A stretch of 64,000 nucleotides of DNA from the NCBI RefSeq assembly GCF_018977255.1, contig NW_024704743.1, forward strand, positions 91,638,001 through 91,702,000, in the 5' to 3' direction. The DNA comes from Callorhinchus milii. Taxonomy: Eukaryota. Positions 37,826 through 50,359 of this stretch are shown piece by piece. Both the position numbers and the translations under genes were made by a program. A model generated the notes under the pieces. The model saw nothing but the letters and a program-made list of their open reading frames with translations, did not search any database and had not been told where the DNA came from. The stretch's first letter is position 1. Each line of letters begins with the position of its first letter.

Positions 37826-38537
37826 TAGCCCGTGTCCTCTCTCGCATTAGGCTCCACGACCCTATCCATCCTTGCCCAGCTCCACTGGTTTCCCGTCACA
37901 CAGAGGATACAGTTCAAGATCCTGGTCCTCACCTTCAAAGCCCTCCATGGTCTTGCTACCCCCTACCTCTCCAACCTCCTAGCCCCCTACCACCCTGTTC
38001 GCTCCCTCCGCTCAGCGGGCTCCAGCCTGAATCACATCCCCCGCCTTGCTCACCCCACTATCGGCGGGCGGGCCTTCCGCTACTCTGCATCCACCCTCTG
38101 GAACTCCATCCCGCATCCCTCCATCTCACCCCCTCCCTCGCCATCTTCAAGTCCCATCTCAAGACCCTCCTCTTCGACCGTGCTTTTGATCTCCCTGCTT
38201 CCCCCCCCGCCCTCCCTGCTCTCCCACCCGACCCTCAGCTCGGGTCTGTAACTCTGTCTGTCCAGTGCCTTCATAAAATCATAGAATTGTACAGCACAAA
38301 AAGAGGCCATTCGGCCCATCGAGTTTGTGCCGGCTCTTTGAATAGAGCAATTAATGTCAATCCCACTCCCCAGCCCTTTCCCCATAACCCTGCAAACCCG
38401 TCCTCCTCAAATACCCGTCCACCGCGTTTTTAAACGATGTTATTGAATCGACCTCGACCACCCTTTCAGGCAATACGTTTCAGAACATCCTCCCGACGTG
38501 AAAGGCGCTATACAAATGTAATCTTGTTGTTGTTGTT
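37826..38537 (+). mobile_element. L2 LINE 3' fragment whose terminal hairpin is interrupted by a CR1 piece
   Basis: ORF LHWFPVTQRIQFKILVLTFKALHG..GGRAF..LWNSIP; tail resumes at about 38487 (catcctcccgacgtgaaaggcgcta...(ttg)n). Confidence 0.9.
38272..38486 (-). mobile_element. CR1 LINE 3' end inserted into the L2 tail
   Basis: atcatagaattgtacagcacaaaaagaggccattcggcccatcgagtttgtgccggctctttg matches the CR1 tail at 60525-60590. Confidence 0.85.
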
Positions 38538-39579
38538 CTACTCATGAGGGTCTTCAGTGAATAGAAGCCTGCAAGTCTGTCCATTCAACTATTATGAGTG
38601 GAAAGACTTGCAAGCGTCAGTCACAATCTCAAGTAAACTTTCTTCATAGAATTGCAGAAATTACAGCATGGAAGGAGACCATTCAGCCTATCATAATCTT
38701 TCATTTTAATAATTGGTACATTTTTTACCAACCAATTGAGGCTGACACTTATAACAACAACATAATTAGAACTCATAATGGCTAGAGGGGTACTTTACTA
38801 TGTAATAATAACTATAATTATTATTACTTAATAACTAAACATATTACTTTATTAAATAAATATATTAATTTTCTGTGAGTTTATATAACTCTCTATTTTC
38901 TTCTCTCCTTCTACAGGCAACATAATACTTAAGAAATATAAGAAAACTCAGGAAACAAAAGGCCATTTGGTCCATTTGTCTACAAACCAGCCACTATACT
39001 TGACAATAATTATTGTGAAGTGATTTGAGCTATTTTAATGCATTAAAAGTGCCGTAAAAATTGAATTTCTTTTTTGTCTTATAACCTAAAATTTTGTTCC
39101 AAATCAAATATTCATACAATTCCTTTTTTGAAGGAATTAATCAAATTTGCATTTACTTGGATGCTGTTTCTCAATCCAATAATTTATGAGAAAAATGTTT
39201 TACCTACATTTTTGGGCTCATTGTAGACTATCTCCTGTCAATCTTGGCTCAACATATTGAACAATTTATGACTGGAGAATACGTTGAAAAGAAATTGTGT
39301 CTGAGTTGTGGGCAGGAAGATGGTGGCAACTGCTCTCACACATTTCATGATGAGCTGTGTTGCCTACCAGGAAGCTTGCTGGTTGTTCCTGGTACTGTCA
39401 TCCATTTAGTGACAGCTCAATGCCGTGCTTGTTGGTTGTCAAATGATCAGCTAGTGACTACTGCCTGGGATGGGGTGGGAGTGAGTGGAGACTCCTTAGA
39501 GCTGAATAAGCTCCAAGGTGACACACATTTGGCAACTGAATACCAGAACTGAGCCAACCCTCTGCGGGGGTCTTGCTAA

Positions 39580-40075
39580 TCCAGTTTCTGAGCCAGGCAG
39601 ATCTGCAATACTCCAGTGCACTGTTGATAGTCCAGCCAGCCTATCTCATCGGCAAGACTTGAAAAAGCAGACCAGTGACTGGGGGCAGGGGACTCTTCCC
39701 ACCCAGCTCTTGTTAACCCTGCAAGCCACAGCCCTGACTGGTAAGGTGGTCCTAACTGGAAAAGTAGTGGGAAAGCTTGCCAGTCAGTGCTTTTAATGGG
39801 AAGCCATGTGGTTTTAGTTGGTTAGACTCCAGCAGTACCCCAACGCAAACTCTGGTACCCCAAGCCTTACCAACCTGCGCCTAATACTCTCCAGAATTAG
39901 GTAAATAGGATGTATCACTCCAGGGAGAAAGTGTGCATTGCATGCCAATAAACATCTCTGGAATTTCCATGTATAGGTGGGATATATGGAATTCTCAGTT
40001 TGGTTTGAATTCGCTTAAATGCTCTGGGACGCTACTTCGTGTGAAGGGTGCTATATAAATGTAAGTTGCTGTTGA
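39580..40075 (+). repeat. Old dispersed repeat ending in an L2-type tail (unidentified SINE or L2 3' UTR)
   Basis: Homologous to 2520-2845; ends gctctgggacgctacttcgtgtgaagggtgctatataaatgtaagttgctgttg. Confidence 0.7.
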
Positions 40076-41019
40076 TGTTCTGCATGTGTCAGACACCCTG
40101 ACCAAAAAAAGACATAGATAGAGGCTTGGGTACAGATTTCTTAACTAGCCTCTTTCCACGGAAATAGATGAAATAAGTGACAGAAATAAAAATAGAACAG
40201 GGGGAAGAAAAGCCATTTTGGTAAGAAATGTACTGCTTGAGCAACTTTAAAAGACAAGACATCTGGGTGACACTAACATTCTATTTATACTGCACAGTGT
40301 CCATTCAAAGCAGTTTTCCTGTCAAATCAATGTTGGACACGCAGCAGCAATTAGATTTTAAAGCACATTGATTCAGTTTGAGGCCCGCCCTGAACACTAC
40401 TTCAGGAAGTGGTTTATGAATTGAATCACTGGGTTGGAGGGTGGGGAGAGAAAATTGGAGGGGTAAAGAAAAATACAAATAGGAATAAAACTTCCAGAAG
40501 GCTACAAACACTTTAGATATCAAACTGCACAAAGAGCAGTGGTGAAATGTGACTGTAAGCACATAGAGTCAATTATACAGAGCATCAATTAGATTGGTAT
40601 CAAAGGCATGCCAAGGTTTCACATTGAAACATATAATAGGCAGTAACTTATGAAGAAGTTATAATCTATGGTGAAGAGTGAAGCACAATTACTCAGTTAC
40701 CGCTGCATCAAATACAGTGTTCATCCACAACTTTCAACCAGCAGAAAATTAAAATGAAGAGTTTGCGTGAAATTGTAAGTATTTCACCAAAATTACTACC
40801 ATTCTCTTCACGTCGATAAAATATACAGTCCATAGTGCCCAATGTCTCAAGATGGTTAGGAAGCAATAATACCAGCTTGATGGTGGAATAAATGTCTAGT
40901 GACACAAAATGGGTGTCCTGTAGGGAACACCGTGTATGGCATGTTGTCCTGCAAGAACTTAGCTTTGACTGAAATCTTGCCTGGTCAGAGCTCCCGTGGG
41001 CAGGCTTCTTATGTCATGG

Positions 41020-41150
41020 CAGAACTCTATGGTAGTATGTTAGGAGTGGCCTGACCAGAGCACTGTACGGCTTAAGTCTGAGACACTGGGGATGTAAACT
41101 CAATTGATTTGGCAACATAGCCCAACATCCTGTTTGCATTGTATATTGCT
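41020..41150 (-). mobile_element. CR1 ORF2 fragment, old
   Basis: Minus-strand translations ANRMLGYVAKSIE and YSALVRPLL. Confidence 0.75.
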
Positions 41151-44100
41151 GCCTCACACTGTTTTGAAATGGTGAGTGATAATTTTCTTTGGTCTCTTCC
41201 CAAATCACACCATTCCTCACCGCTGATTTGAAATCCCACCTCTCTGACTGAGCCTTGGCCATTGTGATGGTGGGAGTTGGGCCCTGGGTGGGCCGGCTCA
41301 ATCGAGCCCGGGCTTTCCTCCTGGTCCCTTTGCATCAGCAATGTTGAGAGCAGTTGTTCGCCCTTCCTCCCCCAGCCTCCACACGGCACACTCTCAGAGA
41401 CTACTAGGTTGCCAAGTGGTGATGCCATGACTTGGGGCAGGGTTTTAGGCGGTACTCTTGCTCAGTGGTAGAATATCTGAGGCGGTACCAATGAGTCTCT
41501 CCATTGGTAGCTTGCACACCCTGGTCAGGCCTGCATGCTTCAGTCAGGCCGCCACCCCCCGCAGGCAGTGCATGTGACCCAATGCATAAATGCTGGGTGT
41601 TTGAGCCAAGTGGGTGCAGTTTTACCTTCTAATAAGAGGTTGGTCAGCTGGCTCAACCCGTAAGTGCCTTTATGTATTACCACTCTAATTTAATTTAAGG
41701 CTTCTGCGGTGTCATCGCAAAATTTTTATGGCCAATAAATAGTTTGATTTGATTCTTTTTGAGCTGTGCATATTTTACTGGTTAATATAATCAGAATATT
41801 TGTTTTGTCCTCCTGACTCCAAAAATCCAGACTCTAGTCACTGGGAGATTGGGTATAAATACCAGCTCTGTGACTCTCCTAACTCCTCTATCTCCCACCC
41901 CACTCAAGCTCCCACTCTGCTTTTGTAAAGTGCACTGAAATGTCTTCCTTTATGAAAGGTACTGTATAGGTACAAATTCTTGCTGCTGTTAAACAGAACT
42001 GCATTCTGCAATGGCAAAATACCAATGATAGAGCTACTTTGAACAGGACTGGCCAATAACAAAAACCTTATTGGGCAAATCTCGCAGTAAGCAGACACCC
42101 AGAACCTAATTATCTAATCAATGAGGAGACAGATGAAAGTCAATCTGAATCTGGATGTGAATTGTATACACCCACATTGTAAAGAATACAGTGGAGCCTC
42201 TGGGCAACCATTTAGCAGTGTCTTTGATAAATTTAATACTGTGTTCGTGCAGCTCTTGACATTTGGAGGTTTTTCTCCCCCTCTTGTTTGATGAAATCAC
42301 TATTTGTTTACCACAAGAAGAAGCAATAAAACACAGTAAACAACCAGCTATTTAATTCCTGTGCTGTATTCTGCTTCAACTTCCCCTCAAATACTTTGTC
42401 TCAGCCTTTCTCCATACCTGCTTTCAATAACTATCAAAAACAACCTCTTCATCCATGCCTATGATCCTTTTTAAAGACTTTGTGGGAACAATCTCTAAAC
42501 TAAGGGTAAATCACAAACTTTACATTATCTTAATTTGAAGACAATGGTTGTAAGCCTAGAACCATTAGAAATTTAGACCTTCAGTTCCACAGTCTGAAGT
42601 TTTTGTAACAAAGTTGGATACCTGTTGGCAGCTCGAGTAATGCTCTATATGAACCAAAAAGTATGTTGATTCAAATTATGTTGCTTACTTGTATTTAAGT
42701 TGAATAGTAAGAAAAGACCTGATTTTGTGTAATATTGATAGTGTCCAGTATTCGGGGATCCAAACAATCTGCAGAAGAGCATGCAATCTGGTCTGCAAGT
42801 CAAGGTTAACCTGCCTTTTCTTGTGTGCAAATAACTGACGGTAACTTTCAGATGTCAGCCTTGCTCAATTGGTATATCTTTCACCTCTGGGTCACAAGGT
42901 TGTTGGTTCAAGCCCATGGCACTGCTCAAAAAGAGAAGGGAGTTTCTCCTAGTGTCCTGGCCAACAATCTTCCAGATCAGTTAGTCATTCACTTTATGGC
43001 TGCTTAAGGGAGACTGCTACATGCAAACTGACTGCTTACAAATAGAAAACAACCTGCATTTATATAACGACCTTCAGGCCAGACAACATTTTGGAGCACT
43101 TAAACAGTTACAGTCACCATACAGCACTTATCTGTGAAGAACTTGAGAGATGTTTTGATGTTATAGATGCTGCATCAAATGCAAAGATGACTGGTATACC
43201 CAATCTTTGTCCAACACTAAAGCTGTGGACTCGTGATTCTGAGAAGTAACCACAAGACCTGGTTTGATTGATGTCCGGTTGATGCTACTTGCTCTCTTCA
43301 TAAAGTCCAAATCGAGACATTTCAAACCAAGTGGACGTGAAATGGGAATATCCCACTGAGCTCAGGTAAGTACCCCGAGCTGAGCATTGATCTCATTTGA
43401 GCTCACCTATTTACTAGCTGACCTGGCACACACTGCAGTTTTAAACATGTAACCAAGTGCAAAAAATATATCAGAAACAAAGAGAGGGCCACAGATCATC
43501 CATGTCAACTGTAGCTGGAAGGTGCTTGTGCACTCACACCCACTTTAAACAACAGATGTTTGCAGCTTCACTTGCTGGAATCTCTTTCTACTGTGGTCTT
43601 TGCAGGAACTCTTAATTGAGAGTTTCACTGAAAAATAAGCCACTTAAAATAGGATTTAGAGCACACAAGGGATTTATGTAGTTTACAAACCATTTATTCT
43701 TCCCTTTAAAATCAGTTAAGGATAAGATGAAACTTCTTTACTTCAGATGTTTTTAAAGGCTGTGAAGTTGCTTGACATTTACTTGATTTCTTGTTGTTCA
43801 AACTCATTAAGGTAATCCTCGGTGGAAATCTCATCCCATTTAAGGAGTCCTCCTGAAGTGAAAGGTGCTATATAAATGTAAATTGTGTTGTATTCTAAAC
43901 CAGTGGGGGAAAGTTCCATTATTGTAGTCAACGTTTCAAGCCCCAACTTGGGGTCAAACTCATAGGCTGATATTCCAGTGCAGTGAAGGGGGAGAAATAT
44001 TGCAGTATCAGGGGTTCTTTCATCCATCAGATGAAAAGTTAAACCAAAGTTTTGTCTGCATGTTCAAGTGGATGTGATGGGTTTCATGACAATAACAACA

Positions 44101-44169
44101 ACAAAATCAACTTGCATTTATATATCTTGGCATCTTGTTCGACCCTCAACTATCCTTCCTACCCCACAT

Positions 44170-44391
44170 CAACAACAACAACAAGATTCCATCTATAAAG
44201 CGCCTTTCACGTCAGGAGGACGTCCCAAGGCGCTGCACAGTTGGATCATGACCCGAGCAGGGGGGAAATGGTCAGGGTGAGGGGAGGGAAGGGAGGGAGC
44301 GAGGAGGGGGGAAATGGTCAGGGTGAGGGGAGGGAAGGGAGGGAGCGAGGAGGGGGAAGAGAGTCAAGAAGGGAGCTGAAGGTTGAAGGCA
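44170..44391 (-). mobile_element. L2 LINE 3' end, young, with duplicated 3' UTR unit
   Basis: Reverse complement of about 27275-27490, including the doubled ccctcaccctgaccatttcccc unit. Confidence 0.9.
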
Positions 44392-44668
44392 CATCTGCGC
44401 CATGACCCTCTCTGCCTTCCCCCACCTCGCAACATCGCCCGGCTCTGCCACTGTCTCACACCACAGGCCACCAAAACCCTCATACACGCATCACGCATTC
44501 ATAACGTATAGGCTTGACTATGTAAACTCTCTGCTTGTCGGCCTCCCCAACTCCTCCCTCCATAGGCTGCAGATCATCGAGAACTCTGCAGCCTGTGTCC
44601 TCTCCTGCACCAGCACCGTTACCCTATCAACCCTATCCTCACCCGACTCCACTGGCTTTCCATCACAT
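44389..44668 (+). mobile_element. L2 ORF2 internal fragment
   Basis: HAFITYRLDYVNSLLVGLPNSSLHRLQIIENSAA; close to 36547-36815. Confidence 0.88.
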
Positions 44669-44669
44669 T

Positions 44670-45045
44670 GAGATATCTGAAATCGCTTCACAGGATTTAC
44701 TGTTAAAGGTAATGTCTGTGTATTTATACACAACGATAAATTGTAATAAAATTGGTCATTTACCTTTCATTTCATAAAGTAAATGATCAATTTTACCTGG
44801 GGTGATTGTTGGTTTGGACACCAGGAGAAACTCTCTTCTCTTTTTGTCCCGTGAGATCTTTGACATCCACTTTAATAAGGACTTTGATTTAATGTCGTGT
44901 CTGAAGGACAACATCTTCAACAATGCAGCACATCCCCAGCACTATTCCTGAAGTGTCAGCCTAGATTATGAGCTGAAAGTGGGGCATGAACCCACAACCT
45001 TCTGATTCAGAGGCGTGAGTGCTACAAACTGAGCCAGGTTGACAG
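44670..45045 (-). mobile_element. Deu-domain SINE
   Basis: gtgtcagcctagattatgagc...gaacccacaaccttctgattcagaggcgtgagtgctacaaactgagccaggttgac is the reverse complement of the head. Confidence 0.8.
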
Positions 45046-46077
45046 CTTGTTGGTGGGGGCAGGAAGGAAGTGCCTGAAGGTACAGTCAGAGAGGCAGGTA
45101 TTTATAAGAGTTTTGAAAGCAGAGAGAGGGAGAGTGTGAGGCTGAGGGATTTTGAGGGAGGAAATTCTAAAGAATGAGGGCAAAGATTCCGAAAGCTTGT
45201 TGTCAATGGTGGGATGGAGTTTGTGTGGCAAGCCTCAGTTACCAAAGTTAATGGAGGGAAGAAGGGAGGAGCCAATAAGGGGATGACTTTTCTGGTATAA
45301 AAGGTTATTATGCTTGGTACAAAAACAGCCACTACAAGTGACAGTAATTAGATATTTCAGCATGGTAAAGCACTTTAAAATGCCAGTTCTTTCTCGCTTA
45401 TTCCTTGTCAAAATCAGATTTGGTAACAAACATTACTGACAGGCTAAGGAGCCATCATTGTTGGATTTAGGTTTTGACTGTGCAAAGACAATTCTGGGCA
45501 GCTTCACAATGTATAAAAGCTAGACTTCTGAGTTGATGGCACAAAGTATTTTTATCCCGATAAACTCAACCAGACAGTTAAAGCTAAAATGATAATGCCA
45601 TCTGTCACCATTACAAAATCTCCGATACACTTAATTTGAAAAGTTCTATTTCATTTGAGGCACAAAATAACACAATGAAAGATTCTGATAACAACTGCAG
45701 TGAGTATTAAATTAAAGACTTTTTGAACAAAGTTAATGGATCATCCCTGAAAAGGTCAGATTTTAAAGGTGAGAGCACGATTACACAAATGATTATCAAG
45801 TGCTAACTACCCATGAAATGGCCCAATACAAAAATCATACACACAGTGCTTCTGCATTAACTCTGCAAGACTATCAATGAAGCATGTGACAAACACCCTG
45901 TGCAAGAAAAGAATGAATGACACTTAATGCTGCTTAAATTGGTAAGAAACATGTGAGTGAATTATGTGGAATACTACAGCATGGAATCAGGCTATTCAGC
46001 CCATCTAGTTCATGCTGTTGTTATATTCCACATGAGACTTTCCTCCCCCCCCAACCCTTCTCCCATCATCTTGTATT

Positions 46078-46149
46078 CCTTAAATCAGGGAATTAAATCC
46101 CGGTCTCCCGCGTGACAGGCGGGGATACTAACCACTATACCAACAGGGA
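46078..46149 (-). tRNA. tRNA-Asp(GTC)-derived sequence, probably a pseudogene
   Basis: Minus strand tccctgttggtatagtggttagtatccccgcctGTCacgcgggagaccgggatttaattccctga closely matches vertebrate tRNA-Asp-GTC; T-loop reads tttaa instead of ttcga and the 3' acceptor strand is not conserved. Confidence 0.8.
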
Positions 46150-47689
46150 TCCCTAAGTGAAAAATGCAGTATTTCTCAACAGAGTCAATGTGTTGTTGAA
46201 ATTAGTTTTAGTGAGATTTGAAGATCTCAAATTTCCAAGTCCAGTAACGGAAACCCAGCTCCAAACTGTGAGGGCTATGGGGATAAGGCAGAGGATAAGT
46301 GGATTGATTGTGTATTTTGCCCACAAATGCTGTATCAAATGCAAGGATTATTATCATGATTATTATTATTACTATTATTAAGGCAGGGCAGTGGGATTGA
46401 ATGAACAGCTTCCTCTTCCTCTAAGCCACTGTAGACTCAATGGGTGAAATGGCCTCCGTCTATGGGGTAAATTTCTGGTTCTATGCTTTCAGTGTAGCTG
46501 TATTTTTCCTTGGACTGCTCACTGCTTAGACACTTGCTTGGTTCTAAAGTTCTTCATGCTGACTGAAATCAAGCTCTCCACCCACAACAACAACAATAAT
46601 CACAAATTCTTGGACACTGTAACTGGTCAATTATCTGTGGGTTTGAATGATGCTTTTTGGAAATATATGAGTGGGTATTAGGTGAGGAAATATTAAATGT
46701 CAGTTGTGATACCTCCCATGGTCAAACACTCTGTGACACCATCAATGCTGACACATGACTCAACTGTAGTCAGTGCATTTGGAATTGGCCCCCAGCATAG
46801 TCAGGAAAAAGAGGAAAAATATCTTCATACAAAAAAAGGCTCTACTGAGGGAGTGGAGATCCACATAAAGGGAATATCTAGAACTAAGTCAAACTTTAGG
46901 AATGCTAATCGTTATAGTCCTGGTTTGGTTCCATTGGTACATGGTGGTGCAGCACATTGATACTCCCTCATGCTGCACCAGAGATAAGCAGCTACTGCTT
47001 TAATGTTGCCCATGTTGCTTCATGTAGCAAAGCCCTACCCTCAAAAGAGATGGACAGATATTTAGCTAGGAAAGTCTCGGAAACAACAGCTGTCTGTTTA
47101 AAAATATGCAATGCTTTGCAGCAGTTTAAATATTTATTTAAATATTTGTGGGCGTTTTGCCCACAAAATATACAGTCAATTCATTTTACAGTATATTCTG
47201 TGAAGGGCTTTGTGACATCTCGAAGATGTGATAAGGCACTATATCAAATGCAAGGATTTTTAAAATTATTTTGTAGACGCATTCAACTCTATTAATATCC
47301 TTACTTTCTTGCAAACAGTTCTGAACCAAACAGTTTTGTTTTCAAACCCAAATAGGCTATATGATAGAAAGGGATATCGTATTCAACAGGGACGTCCTGA
47401 GTGAATTGAACCTATAGTCCTGTAACATAACTTTCCTCAGAATTTTATCGTGAGAATCCTTTTTGCTCATGCAAAAATCATATATACCAGATTAATAAAA
47501 GTGTACAATTCTCATCAAAACCAGAATTGCATAACAAGATGTTTTTAGCTGGATTCCTCCATTTGCAGCATTCGTAACGTTCCATTCTCGTTTTCATTTG
47601 GCGAGTTTCAACTACGTGCTGCAGCGTGATTAAACACCAAAGGCAGGTTTGGTTCGATGGCAGTTGCTGTTCATCACTGGGTGACAGAA

Positions 47690-47990
47690 GTATTCAATAA
47701 TCCACATCACATTAATGCAGGAGTTCCATCATGGTATGGTCTTTGACCTTATTTTGCTGATTTCCATTGATGACCTGGTGAGAGAGATTGATCTCTCAGC
47801 AAAAGATAGCACATTGTATCAAGCTGATGAAACCCACTGGAATTATCAAGTGGTGGCAGCTCAGATAAATAAGGCTCTTCAGACAGTTGCACATTGGACA
47901 GACAAGCACCGCAGGCTGTTCAATAAGTACAAGATATTTCAGCTTACTATAGGTTTGATTTAATTTCACATGCACCAGTATATTTTGTGG
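47690..47990 (+). mobile_element. Very old CR1/L2-class RT remnant
   Basis: ORF 47715-47963 (LILLISIDDL..LSAKDSTLY..LQTVAHWTDK..LFNKYK) follows the spacing of FINDL/FADDxxLY/LxxLxxW/FNxxK. Confidence 0.5.
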
Positions 47991-48234
47991 GCCAACAATA
48001 GGGAAAGTCCCAGGTGGGGTTGAACAAATGCCAAAAAAGCAACCATGACATCAGCTGTGTTTTCTGAAGTGAATCTCTAGTGCATCACATGAACTAATAA
48101 GATTGTACCTTGCCCACAAAGTCCTCAAAGCATCGCAATTTGGAATGACATATAGTCCCTGCGGTTTACAGTTGTATTTACTTTTTCCATTCGTTACATC
48201 TTTCAAACTCTCTTCAACCTTCTGGGAAAAGGCC

Positions 48235-48420
48235 CTAATGGGCTAGTGAATAAACATTTGGTGTGGTATTGGACCAGACAGAGAAGGAAGGTCTTAGATA
48301 TTATTATTATTATTAGATATGATCCCCATGTTGGCTGGTATATCTAGCAAAGGTGAAGTGTTGGGGTTATTACAACTGACAACAGTTAGTGAGTGTACAG
48401 GTGGAGAAAACTGAGCTAGT
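48235..48420 (+). mobile_element. AmnSINE2-like fragment, highly diverged
   Basis: gtgtggtattggaccagacagagaaggaaggtc...gttggggttattacaactg resembles the 61670-61950 family. Confidence 0.45.
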
Positions 48421-48803
48421 TAAGGAAATGGAAACGGGATAAATAATAATAAAATGAAGAAACACAAATGACCTCCAGAAAGGTGAGTTTGCACCTCTTA
48501 TGAAAGTACCCTATCCACTGTAAAAAAATAGCAAATGATATAATAAATTATTTTCACACCACTAAACAAGACGAACGAGTAATTTGACTCCAACGATGTG
48601 CAAACGTTTCAGCATATCCCACCCAAATTAATCTCAGGTTGTCCTCCAGCATCTGTTCTTGTTAGCTGCTCAGTCACTAACCCTGTGAAGGTGGTGACTC
48701 TTATGCTGTTTATCACTGATTAGCACAGAAGCTTTGCAATCCTAAGTAGCAAGGTCCATTTTTGCTCAGGATAATATTTCATGCATTAACTAATTCTCTG
48801 CTG

Positions 48804-48942
48804 AAGACCTTTCTTTTCGACCGCGCCTTTGGTCAGCTTCCCACCCCTCTCCCTGGCTCGGTCCCGGGATCCTAAACTGTAAAGCGCTCTGAGACGCTGT
48901 CCGGCGTGGAGGGCGCTATATAAATCCAAGTTGTTGTTGTTG
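48804..48942 (+). mobile_element. L2 LINE 3' end, distinct subfamily
   Basis: aagacctttcttttcgaccgcgccttt (KTFLFDRAF), then gtaaagcgctctgagacgctgtccggcgtggagggcgctata...(ttg)n. Confidence 0.85.
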
Positions 48943-50359
48943 TAAAAGCTCTAAGAATTGCATCAGAATACAAGTGAACAACGGAACCAATGTGCACCAA
49001 AAATTTATTACACCTGTGGATGTCCTGCAATGAACAACCATATGCATTTATTGAGCCCTTCTGAATCCTTTCTGCAAACATACAATGCAACATATAGATT
49101 TGTTTATGCATTAGACTATGCGGTAAATTGCCATGCAAACAATAAATAGCAGCACAAACGTATAAAGTCTGCTCATGGTTCACTTCAAACAATAACAAAT
49201 AAATGTAGAAACAAAGAAAAAGGCAAGATTTCAAAAATGTGAATGGTTCTGAGTATATGTGATTACAAATTAAAAATATATTTATTTTGAATCAATGTTG
49301 ACAAATGTCAAAATATGATTCTAAGAATAATTAGCAGTGTCAAATACAGTATAACGTGATTACAAAGGATAGTATCAGCACTATCAGAACATTTACCTAG
49401 CAGAATTGTACATGTTCACTGATATGAACTACAATATAATGCCCTGCCCAACAATCCCCCAAATAAAATAGGTTATCCACATTGTGGCTGATTGTAGGGA
49501 CATTCTGTATGCATATTGACGCTCTGCGATCAACTACAAAATAAATAGTCACTCTATTTTAAAGCATATCCTGTGAAGTGGTTTGAGATGTTCTCTCAAC
49601 ATGAAAGGATCTAAATTAAATGCAAGGCTCATGATTTCTTTTTAAATCTATTTCTGAGATGTATTCTGTAAACCTACATGCAATGATTACCAGATCTTCA
49701 GCACTGGTATCAATACATTTTATAACCTTTGTAATCCAATGCAGAAAGTTCCTTGGAGTTTTTTTTTAAGTCCACAGTGTTCAGTCTTGCTGTCTACTCC
49801 TTTGGAGGCCAATGAGTTGCACATGGTTTCCAAAGTACTGCAGCACCATGGGACTCTGCAACTTTTTGTTCTGTGTCACATACATTTCAAACCATTTCCA
49901 TCAGAACATCAATTCTGCTTGTTTTATATTTAATTAATTGCTGAATATCGCTTTGTGGTACCAACTGTGAACGTGATATTCTTCAGAGACGCATGATGCT
50001 TAGCGGCAGCTCAATCCCCCAAATGTTCCTTGGAAATGTTTTGCACTACACCTGAAATTATTTTTTTTGAAGATGCATTGAATATTATTGTTGACAGTCT
50101 AATTTTTTTTTAATCTCCGTACCTTGGTGGGATCTTATGAAAACTTTACTTGGGTATTGCTCTACGCTATTTTGCAAACTGTCTGTATTTTTCCAATAGT
50201 AGAGATATCTGTTTGAAATGGAATCATTTGGAAACATAGAGATTAGTAGAGTTGTTCTATATAAGTGTAAGATCATCCACAAGAGCTACATTCCCTAACC
50301 TCAATTGCCTGCTTCTTTTCCCAGTCCCAATTAATCCATATCTAATATATAACTCACAC

